Shown here piece after piece: positions 1 to 7,492 of a stretch of 34,713 nt of DNA. The position numbers and the translations under genes were made by a program. Under the pieces are notes generated by a model. That model was not told the DNA's origin. It was given only the letters and a program-made list of their open reading frames with translations, and ran no database searches. Source of the stretch: Candidatus Micrarchaeota archaeon (lineage in GTDB: Archaea > Micrarchaeota > Micrarchaeia > Anstonellales > Bilamarchaeaceae); assembly GCA_964559795.1 (NCBI GenBank), contig CAZLIX010000001.1, positions 1 to 34,713 on the forward strand, in the 5' to 3' direction. Within the stretch, counting starts at the first letter, position 1, and every line of letters starts with the position of its first letter.

Positions 1-1398
1 CAATTAAAAGAGGAATGCGGAGTTGCAGCGATAATCCTTAATGAGAGAAAAGATATTTCTTATATGATATATGAATCTCTTTTATCATTACAGCACCGCG
101 GGCAGGATGCTTCTGGATTTGTTGTTTATGATAATGAAAAATTAGAAAGAAGGATAGGGCTTGGACTCGTATGCGAAATATTTAATGAAAATGATTTGAA
201 AATAGATGGAACTATTGCAATTGGGCATACGAGATACCCAACTACTGGAAGATGTAAAATAGAGGATGTACAGCCAGTTTATTATAACAATATGGCGCTC
301 GCGCATAATGGGCACATATCAAATTATTTGGATTTAAAAAAAGAGCTTGAAAAAAAAGGGTATGTGTTTTGTGGGACTGTTGATAGTGAGCCTTTGCTTT
401 ATATTCTTGATTATGAATTAAAACAAGGAAAAACAATCGAGCAATCTATTGAAGTTTTAATGAAAAAAGTTATCGGCTCTTATTCAGTGGTATGGATTGT
501 AAATGGGCAGCTTGTTGTTTTTCGAGATCCTCACGCAATACGGCCCCTTGTTTGGGGAAAATCAAATAATGGATATTCTTTTGCATCAGAATCTGTTGCA
601 CTTGATATAAATGGCTTTGAGTATTGTGGGACTATAGGTGGAGGAGAAATGGCGCTTATAAAAGATAATAAATTATATAGAAAAAGTATTTTACAAAAAG
701 AGAGAAAAAATTGTATGTTTGAATATGTATATTTTTCAAGGACCGATTCTATTATAAACGATAAATCTGTTAATGAAGTACGAAAAAAACTTGGAGAAAT
801 TCTTGCAAAAGAGCATCCTGTGGATGCAGATATTGTTGTTCCTGTACCAGACACTTCAAGAACAGCAGCGCTTGCCTTTTCACAAAAAACAAAAATTCCA
901 TATGAAGAAGGGCTCATAAAAAATAGATATATTGGAAGGACATTTATTATGAACTCGCAGGAAAAACGAAAAGGGGCGGTTAAAAGAAAATTAAACCCAA
1001 TAAAAAGCGTTCTTAGTGGAAAAAGAATTGTTCTTTTTGATGATAGTATTGTGCGCGGCACTACAATGAAAGAAATTGTAAAAATGGTAAAAAACGCTGG
1101 GGCAATTGAAGTTCATTTAAGAATTACCTGTCCTCCTGTAAAAGCGCCTTGTTTTTATGGGGTGGATATGCCATCTTATAAAGAACTAATAGGGAGCCAA
1201 AAAAGCATTCAAGAAATAAAAGAATATTTGGATGTTGAAAGCCTTGGCTATATTAGTATTGAGGGGCTTATCGAGGCAGTTGGAAAAGAATGTTGTTGTG
1301 GCTGCTTAAATGAACAATATTTTTCAGAATATGTTTCAAATCTTGCAAAAAAAGTTAAGGAAAATGAGGTTATTTTATATGGCTGTAATAAATGTTGA
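1..1398 (+). CDS. purF: Amidophosphoribosyltransferase (glutamine-PRPP amidotransferase), 5' end cut by window edge
   Basis: Frame 1 is open from nt 1 (QLKEECGVAAIILNE...), so the nucleophile Cys-Gly motif lies upstream of the tracked Met at 64. Also HRGQDASG, the PRTase loop VLFDDSIVRGTT and a C-terminal Cys cluster. Confidence 0.9.
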   Translation, partial: QLKEECGVAAIILNERKDISYMIYESLLSLQHRGQDASGFVVYDNEKLERRIGLGLVCEIFNENDLKIDGTIAIGHTRYPTTGRCKIEDVQPVYYNNMALAHNGHISNYLDLKKELEKKGYVFCGTVDSEPLLYILDYELKQGKTIEQSIEVLMKKVIGSYSVVWIVNGQLVVFRDPHAIRPLVWGKSNNGYSFASESVALDINGFEYCGTIGGGEMALIKDNKLYRKSILQKERKNCMFEYVYFSRTDSIINDKSVNEVRKKLGEILAKEHPVDADIVVPVPDTSRTAALAFSQKTKIPYEEGLIKNRYIGRTFIMNSQEKRKGAVKRKLNPIKSVLSGKRIVLFDDSIVRGTTMKEIVKMVKNAGAIEVHLRITCPPVKAPCFYGVDMPSYKELIGSQKSIQEIKEYLDVESLGYISIEGLIEAVGKECCCGCLNEQYFSEYVSNLAKKVKENEVILYGCNKC

Positions 1399-2929
1399 TG
1401 CATCTTATTTGGAAAAAAAGACAAATAAAAAAAGAGAGGAGATTGGTAGGATTTTGGGGCTTTTGGGTTTACCAAATGAATTAGATGGGGAAAAATTTGT
1501 AATAGAGGTCACTCCAAATCGGCCGGATTGCTATCTTGCACAAGGAATTATTAGGGTTATAAACTCCTATTTTAAAAAAAATGAAAAATATAAATGTAAA
1601 GATTTAGATTATTTAATAAAGGTTGAAAAAAATATAAAAAAAATAAGGCCATATATAAGCGCGTGTGTAATAAAAAATGTAGAATTAAATGATAATGAAA
1701 TAGAAATGCTTATAGATGCGCAGGAGAAAATGCATGATACTTTTGGAAGAAAAAGAAAAAAACTTGCGATCGGAATTCATAATTTAGATGTTATTAACTT
1801 TCCTTTGATATATGGTTGTGTAAAAGAGTTTAATTTTACTCCTTTGGATTTTGAAAATAGGATGAGCATTGGAGAAATTCTTGAAAAGCATCCAAAAGGA
1901 ATAGAATATGAAAAACTTGTTTTGAAAGGAAAATATCCTTTAATTTATGAGGAAAATAGTAAAGAAGTAATCTCTTTTCCACCAATAATTAATGAGGAGA
2001 GAACAAAATTAAAAAAAGGAGTAAAAAATATTTTTATAGAAGTTACCGGAACCCATAAGGAAAGTGTTGAAAGCGCGATGAATATACTTTGCTGTTCTAT
2101 AAAAGATATTGGAGGAGAAATATATTTTGTAAAAATAAATGATGAAAAGCATCCTAAACTAGAGTATAAAAAAGAAAAAATAAATAAAAATAAGATAAAT
2201 AAAGTGCTTGGATTAAAATTAAATGAAAAAGAAATATCATCTGCCCTTGAGAAAATGGGATATTTTATTGAAGGAAAAACAATTTTAATTCCTCCTTATA
2301 GGGCAGATATCATAAATTATATAGATATTATTGAGGATATTGCTATTGGATATGGATATGAAAATTTTAAGCCTACTATCCCAGATTTTTATTGTAGTGG
2401 GGTTTTGGGTAAAAAAAGCATTATGGAAAAACAAATTAGAGAAATTATGAATGGCCTTGGTTTTATTGAGGTTATGAATACTGTTTTGGTTGATAAGCCT
2501 GCAACAGATAAGGCAATAAAAATAATTAATCCGTGTACTTTAGATGTTGCATATTTGCGGGATAATTTGTTTGAATCAATTATGCGAAATTTAAATGATA
2601 ATAAAATGAAGGGTATTCCTCAAAAAATTTATGAAATTGGAATAGATTATGAAGATAGAATTGAAAGAAAAAAGATTTCTTTTGGGATAATGGATAAAAA
2701 AATAGATTTTAATGAAATAAAAAGTTTTTCACAAAAAATTATTTTTGAATTGGGTTTGAAGGACAAAATTTCTTTTGAAAAATTAGAGAGTAATAAATTT
2801 AATGAAGGTGCTGCTTCCTTATTTTTTGGAAAGGAAAAAATTGGAGAATTTGGGGAGGTTTCAAAAAAAGAGCTAGAAAGAAGAAATATTGAATTTGAGA
2901 TAGGGTTTTTTGAAATGAATATAAACTGA
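1379..2929 (+). CDS. pheT: Phenylalanine-tRNA ligase beta subunit, archaeal type
   Basis: MAVINVDASYLEK..., EVTPNRPDC (B3/4 domain), IPPYRADI and archaeal-length architecture. The likely start is ATG 1379 rather than the tracked 1310, and it overlaps the purF stop. Confidence 0.85.
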   Translation: MAVINVDASYLEKKTNKKREEIGRILGLLGLPNELDGEKFVIEVTPNRPDCYLAQGIIRVINSYFKKNEKYKCKDLDYLIKVEKNIKKIRPYISACVIKNVELNDNEIEMLIDAQEKMHDTFGRKRKKLAIGIHNLDVINFPLIYGCVKEFNFTPLDFENRMSIGEILEKHPKGIEYEKLVLKGKYPLIYEENSKEVISFPPIINEERTKLKKGVKNIFIEVTGTHKESVESAMNILCCSIKDIGGEIYFVKINDEKHPKLEYKKEKINKNKINKVLGLKLNEKEISSALEKMGYFIEGKTILIPPYRADIINYIDIIEDIAIGYGYENFKPTIPDFYCSGVLGKKSIMEKQIREIMNGLGFIEVMNTVLVDKPATDKAIKIINPCTLDVAYLRDNLFESIMRNLNDNKMKGIPQKIYEIGIDYEDRIERKKISFGIMDKKIDFNEIKSFSQKIIFELGLKDKISFEKLESNKFNEGAASLFFGKEKIGEFGEVSKKELERRNIEFEIGFFEMNIN

Positions 2930-2949
2930 CACCCTACACTTCCACTATT

Positions 2950-3186
2950 TTATAGATCTTCAATAAATTTGGTTTGTAATTTATATACTTCAATATCTGG
3001 TTTGAAAGAAACAAAAAAAGAATCAATAATTTGTTCTATTTCAGGAGGAACTACGAGAACAGATTTTGTTTTCCAATATGATTTTTTTAGATTTAATTTA
3101 TTAAAATGGTAATAAAACCTTCGTTTTAATTTGTTGTATTCTTTTGGATTTTTTGGTTTTAAATCATAAAAATAAACATAAAACAT
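2950..3186 (-). CDS. Small hypothetical protein, candidate Cas2/VapD-like ferredoxin fold
   Basis: 78 aa. It has an N-terminal beta-strand ending in Asp (MFYVYFYDL), a basic helix (KEYNKLKRRF), then KSVLVVPP and EVYKL strands, resembling the Cas2 pattern. Weak, by eye only. Confidence 0.35.
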   Translation of the reverse strand: MFYVYFYDLKPKNPKEYNKLKRRFYYHFNKLNLKKSYWKTKSVLVVPPEIEQIIDSFFVSFKPDIEVYKLQTKFIEDL

Positions 3187-3215
3187 AATAGTATTTAATT
3201 AAATAAATATATAAA

Positions 3216-3231
3216 TGTAACTATGGTTACA
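3216..3231. promoter_or_regulatory. Inverted repeat TGTAAC-N4-GTTACA in the divergent Cas2-like/hef intergenic region
   Basis: Read directly. It is the only non-AT-only symmetric element in the 142-nt spacer. Confidence 0.2.
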
Positions 3232-3328
3232 ATTATTTTTTAATAATTATAAAAATAATTAGTTATTTAATTATGGAACTTTGGCCCCCTACTACTATTT
3301 TATTTTTTTGCATATCTTAATCTTATTA

Positions 3329-4804
3329 ATGATAACCACACCACGAGAATATCAAACAAATATCTATACCTCTATTCTCAGACACGGCAATACTCTTGTT
3401 GTTCTTCCAACTGGCCTTGGAAAAACTCTTATTGCAATAATGCTTATTGAAAAAAAACACCTCGTTGGAAAAATACTTTTTCTTTCCCCAACAAAACCAT
3501 TAATTGAACAGCATTTTAATTCAGTTACTCAAGAACTAAACGATCTAAAAGATTTTGTAACTATAGTTACAGGAAACACCCAACCTTCAAAAAGAAAAAA
3601 AGAATATGAAAAAAAAATCATCCTTTCAACCCCACAAACAATAAGAAATGATATTAATAATGGTCTTTTTGATCCAAATTCTCTTTCACTTGTAGTTTTT
3701 GACGAAGCACATAGGGCAGTTGGGGACTATGCATATACCCAAATTTCAAAAAAACTAACCACACAAACCCTTGTTCTAGGGCTTACTGCATCCCCCGGCG
3801 GGAAAAAGGAGCACATAGAAGAGGTTTTATCAAATCTTAATATTTCAAACATAGAGCTTAAACTTTCAACAGATAAGGACATTCTCCCATATATTCATAA
3901 AACCACTATCAATTGGGAATTTGTAAACCTTCCACCAAAATATTTAGAATTTAAAATAGAGCTTGATGATTTAATTAAAAAATATTCAAAAACACTAGCT
4001 CTTTTTGGTTTTACACCAATAATAAAATCAAAAACCCTATTTCTCCAATTACAAAACAAAATAATAAATTCCAAAAACAACAAAAAATATCTAATATTAA
4101 TGTATTATTCTATTCTTTTAAATTTGCTTCATATGGTTGAACTTCTAGAAACACAATCACTTTCAACTCTTAAAAAATATCTCTTAAAATTATCTGAAAA
4201 AGAATCAAAATCATCAAAAATTTTATTAAATAACCCAACAATAAAAAAAATCATAAAAGAAGAGGATATATTACACCCAAAACTTATTTTACTAACAAAT
4301 ATTGTAAAAGAACTATCCAAATCAAACAAAAAAGGAATAATTTTTGCCCAATACAGAGAGCAGGTAAAACAAATTTCAACACACCTAAACAATAATTCTA
4401 TTTTGGCAAAGGAATTTATGGGAAAAAAAGAGGAATATACAAGAAAAATGCAGGAAGAAACGATAAGAGAATTTAGGGAAGGCAAATTCAATTTTTTATG
4501 TTCTTCTTCAATTGGAGAAGAAGGCCTAGATATCCCATCTGTGGATGTAGTAATATTTTATGAGCCGATACCAAGCGAAATTCGTTCAATACAACGCAGA
4601 GGCAGAACAGGTAGGTTTTCCCAAGGTCAAGTATATATTTTAATAACAAAAAACAGCAGAGATGAATATTTTTATTGGGCATCAATAAATCGGGAAAAGA
4701 AAATGAAATCAATTCTCACATCTTTTGATAAAAAAACAGAAAAAGAGGAAAAACAACCCATACGCGGAAAAAAAATAGGACAAACTAAATTGGATTTATT
4801 CTAA
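3329..4804 (+). CDS. hef: Hef/FANCM/Mph1-family SF2 helicase, helicase module only (no ERCC4 nuclease domain)
   Basis: REYQ, LPTGLGKTLIA (Walker A), VFDEAHRAVGDYAY (DEAH), GLTASPG, SSSIGEEGLDIP, IQRRGRTGR. The likely start is ATG 3329 (tracked start 3281 is TTG). It ends in GQTKLDLF. Confidence 0.85.
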   Translation: MITTPREYQTNIYTSILRHGNTLVVLPTGLGKTLIAIMLIEKKHLVGKILFLSPTKPLIEQHFNSVTQELNDLKDFVTIVTGNTQPSKRKKEYEKKIILSTPQTIRNDINNGLFDPNSLSLVVFDEAHRAVGDYAYTQISKKLTTQTLVLGLTASPGGKKEHIEEVLSNLNISNIELKLSTDKDILPYIHKTTINWEFVNLPPKYLEFKIELDDLIKKYSKTLALFGFTPIIKSKTLFLQLQNKIINSKNNKKYLILMYYSILLNLLHMVELLETQSLSTLKKYLLKLSEKESKSSKILLNNPTIKKIIKEEDILHPKLILLTNIVKELSKSNKKGIIFAQYREQVKQISTHLNNNSILAKEFMGKKEEYTRKMQEETIREFREGKFNFLCSSSIGEEGLDIPSVDVVIFYEPIPSEIRSIQRRGRTGRFSQGQVYILITKNSRDEYFYWASINREKKMKSILTSFDKKTEKEEKQPIRGKKIGQTKLDLF

Positions 4805-5085
4805 ACATTTATCCCTTTTTTTATTTTTTCTTGTAATAAACTAAGATCAAAAGGTTTTCCAACAAAATCACATCTACCCAACCCAGAAATTTTTATTCTT
4901 GATGGATCGTGGTTTCCACTCATAAAAATTATCGGAAGGTCTTGAACTGCACTTTTTTTAATTCCTAAAACCATTTCAATACCATTCATATTTGGCATAT
5001 CTATATCTGTAATTACAACCCCAATCTCTTCTTTTAATCTTTTAAAATTATTTAAACCTTCAATTCCATCTTTACAAGAAATCAC
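4801..5085 (-). CDS. Stand-alone CheY-like response-regulator receiver domain (tracked ORF begins at GTG 5085; the domain continues in frame upstream)
   Basis: ITDIDMPNMNG (phospho-acceptor Asp), IIFMSG (Ser/Thr position), VGKPF (Lys). The upstream in-frame codons read KTVLLVDDELSIRTVLGFFLKGEGFR. Confidence 0.75.
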   Translation of the reverse strand: MISCKDGIEGLNNFKRLKEEIGVVITDIDMPNMNGIEMVLGIKKSAVQDLPIIFMSGNHDPSRIKISGLGRCDFVGKPFDLSLLQEKIKKGINV

Positions 5086-5304
5086 TCTAAATCCCTCTCC
5101 TTTTAAAAAAAATCCTAAAACAGTTCTAATACTTAATTCATCATCAACTAAAAGAACAGTTTTTCTATCACTAAGAGGTATCTTATCTCTAAACTCTCTT
5201 TTAACCAGTACCCGTTCGCTTTTTTTACTACCACTAATTGATTGAAATTTATTTATTTAATCACCTAAATTTGACTAATCGCTTTTAATTTATTATGATA
5301 ATAT

Positions 5305-5318
5305 CTATTTTAAAATAG
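5305..5318. promoter_or_regulatory. Perfect 14-bp palindrome CTATTTTAAAATAG in the divergent receiver/ribB intergenic region
   Basis: Read directly; self-complementary. It could be a symmetric TATA/BRE element or an operator. Confidence 0.35.
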
Positions 5319-5339
5319 GAATTACTATTTTTTTGGTAG

Positions 5340-5357
5340 TTACTATTTAAATAGTAA
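5340..5357. promoter_or_regulatory. Perfect 18-bp palindrome TTACTATTTAAATAGTAA 24 nt upstream of the ribB ATG
   Basis: Read directly. The half-site TTACTATTT is also repeated at 5322-5330. The central TATTTAAATA is TATA-box-like and correctly spaced for a near-leaderless ribB transcript. Confidence 0.4.
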
Positions 5358-5380
5358 TATTTTATATATACATCGATATT

Positions 5381-6022
5381 ATGCATCTTGAAAAAGCACT
5401 TAGTTCTCTTAGAAAGGGAAAAATAATCCTAGTTTATGATTCTGACGATCGCGAGTGTGAAGCAGATATGATGTTTAATGCAAAATTCATATCCCCTAAA
5501 AAAATAGAAACCCTGCGAAAAGATGCCGGAGGCCTTATATGTCTTGCAATTTCAAAAAAAATTGCAAAAAAACTTGGCCTTGAATTTTTCAGCGACATTA
5601 TTGCAAATTCAAAATCAAAATTAAAACAAATGGATTGCAAAAAAACAGCATACGGAGACAAACCCGCATTTTCAATTGCAATAAACCACAAAAAGGTTTA
5701 CACGGGAATTACTGATAATGATCGCAGCCTAACAATAAAATCATTTTCCAAATTACTAAATTCAAAAAATCCAAAAAACAAATTTTTTAAGTCATTTTAT
5801 ACACCCGGCCACGTATTTCTTTTAATTGGAAGAGGAATTGAAAAAAGAAAAGGCCACACGGAACTGTCTTTAGAGCTTGCAAAAAAAGCAAATCTTCCAG
5901 AAATTATGGTTTTATGTGAAATGCTTGGAAAAGGAAAAGCGCTCAAAAAAGAAAAAGTAAAATTATATGCAAAAAAAAATAACCTGGAATATTTAAGTGG
6001 ACGTGAAATATATGAAAAATAA
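5381..6022 (+). CDS. ribB: 3,4-dihydroxy-2-butanone-4-phosphate synthase
   Basis: GKIILVYDSDDRECEADMMF, DAGGLICLAIS, PGHVFLL, GHTE. Confidence 0.9.
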   Translation: MHLEKALSSLRKGKIILVYDSDDRECEADMMFNAKFISPKKIETLRKDAGGLICLAISKKIAKKLGLEFFSDIIANSKSKLKQMDCKKTAYGDKPAFSIAINHKKVYTGITDNDRSLTIKSFSKLLNSKNPKNKFFKSFYTPGHVFLLIGRGIEKRKGHTELSLELAKKANLPEIMVLCEMLGKGKALKKEKVKLYAKKNNLEYLSGREIYEK

Positions 6023-6911
6023 TAAGATAAAAATAGGATTAGTAGATACAATGTTTTCAAGGGTAAATATGGGGAAAATTGCAATAGATGAACTTGAAAC
6101 AAAATATGGAGATAAAATTGAAATAAAAAGAAAAACGGTTCCTGGGATAAAAGATCTTGGCGTGGAATGCAAAATTCTTTTAGATGGTGGTTGTGATATT
6201 GCAATGGCACTTGGTATGGTTGGCGGAGCACCAATAGACACCCAATGCGCTCATGAAGCATCACTTGGTATCCAACAAACAAAACTTTTGACAAATAAAC
6301 ATATAATTGAGGTGTTTGTCCATGAAAATGAGGGTTGGAATGAACAAGAATTTTTCGAAATATGCAATAATCGGATAAGAAAGCACGCTCAAAATGCAAT
6401 ACTGATTTCAACAAATCCAGATAAATTAATTTCTCTTGCAGGAAAAGGAATAAGACAAGGAAAAGAAGATGAAGGAGAAATAGTTGAAAAATGCAACATG
6501 CCAATTACAATCTCAATTGCCATCTCAGATTTTAATGAAGAAATAACAAAAGAAATGGAATTTAGTGCAGTTGAATATGCAAAAAAACAAAACATAACAA
6601 TCTTTCAAATAATCCATGTTCCAGGGGCTTATGATATTCCACTTGCAGCAAAAAAATTACTGTTAGACAAAAAAACCGATGCTATAGTTACCCTTGGCGC
6701 AATAATAAAAGGAGATACAAAACACGATGAAGTAATCGCCAATTCAACAGCAATTTCTTTGACTAAATTATCTCTTGAAGCAAATAAGCCAATTGCACTT
6801 GGGATAATAGGTCCTGATGCAACAGAAAAACAAGCAAAAGACAGGGCAAAAGAATATGCAAAAAGAGCAGTTGATGCTGCCATAATTCTTGTAAAAAGAT
6901 TGAGAAGATAA
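6012..6911 (+). CDS. ribC/ribH: Fusion protein: archaeal-type riboflavin synthase (N-terminal half) + 6,7-dimethyl-8-ribityllumazine synthase (C-terminal half)
   Basis: The N-terminal half matches archaeal RibC (IGLVDTMFSRVNMG, RKTVPGIKDL, CAHEASLG, TNKHIIEVFVHE, AGKGIRQG). The C-terminal half, from Met at nt 6498, matches RibH (ISIAISDFNEEIT, HVPGAYDIPLAAKKLL, DAIVTLGAIIKGDTKHDE, LGIIGP). There is no stop between the halves. Confidence 0.85.
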   Translation: MKNNKIKIGLVDTMFSRVNMGKIAIDELETKYGDKIEIKRKTVPGIKDLGVECKILLDGGCDIAMALGMVGGAPIDTQCAHEASLGIQQTKLLTNKHIIEVFVHENEGWNEQEFFEICNNRIRKHAQNAILISTNPDKLISLAGKGIRQGKEDEGEIVEKCNMPITISIAISDFNEEITKEMEFSAVEYAKKQNITIFQIIHVPGAYDIPLAAKKLLLDKKTDAIVTLGAIIKGDTKHDEVIANSTAISLTKLSLEANKPIALGIIGPDATEKQAKDRAKEYAKRAVDAAIILVKRLRR

Positions 6912-6925
6912 GAGAGTTGAGAAGA

Positions 6926-7492
6926 ATGATAAAACCAATCGCAAAAGCAAAATTTCCATCATCTTTTGGGAAATTTACGCTCTATGCGTTTAAGGAGGAA
7001 AACAAGGAGCACCTTGCCTTAGTTTGTGGAAAATTAAAAGAGCCTGTACTAGTTCGGGTTCATTCAAAATGCCTTACAGGAGATAATCTTCATTCATTAA
7101 GATGTGATTGCAACGCCCAATTAGAATATTCTCTAAAACAGATAGGAAAAAAAGGAGGAATTTTGATTTATTTAGATCAAGAGGGCAGGGGCATAGGCCT
7201 TCTAAATAAAATAAAAGCCTATTCTCTTCAAGACCAGGGTTTTGATACAGTTGAAGCCAATCATCAATTAGGTTTTCAGACGGATGAAAGAACATATAGA
7301 ATAGTTAAGGAAATTTTGGATTTTTTTCAAATTTCTTTGATATTGCTTCTTACAAACAACCCAGAAAAAATAAACCAAATAAAACAAAACGGAATAAAAA
7401 TAGCAAAAAGAATGCCAATCATAATTCCCAAAACCAAATATAATAAAAAATATCTCGAAACAAAAAAGAAAAAAATGGGCCATCTCATATGA
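6926..7492 (+). CDS. ribA: GTP cyclohydrolase II
   Basis: VRVHSKCLTGD, LRCDC, YLDQEGRGIGL, NKIKAY, DTVEAN. ATG 6926 is preferred over the tracked TTG 6917. Confidence 0.9.
   Translation: MIKPIAKAKFPSSFGKFTLYAFKEENKEHLALVCGKLKEPVLVRVHSKCLTGDNLHSLRCDCNAQLEYSLKQIGKKGGILIYLDQEGRGIGLLNKIKAYSLQDQGFDTVEANHQLGFQTDERTYRIVKEILDFFQISLILLLTNNPEKINQIKQNGIKIAKRMPIIIPKTKYNKKYLETKKKKMGHLI

Noticed and set aside
1310-1378. N-terminal extensions in the ORF track: 1310 for pheT, 3281 for hef, 18506 for pdxS, 27151 for fen, 29185 for pyrK, 31409 for GS-like, 33136 for pcn.
   Set aside because: The extensions overlap the preceding gene or start at TTG/GTG. They encode non-conserved, hydrophobic or low-complexity residues. 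An internal ATG coincides with the conserved N-terminus of each family.
5239-5380. FMN riboswitch upstream of ribB.
   Set aside because: The region is almost pure A/T apart from the palindromes. It has no GC-rich helices of the FMN aptamer, and the space between the promoter-like elements and the ATG is too short. FMN riboswitches are not expected in archaea.
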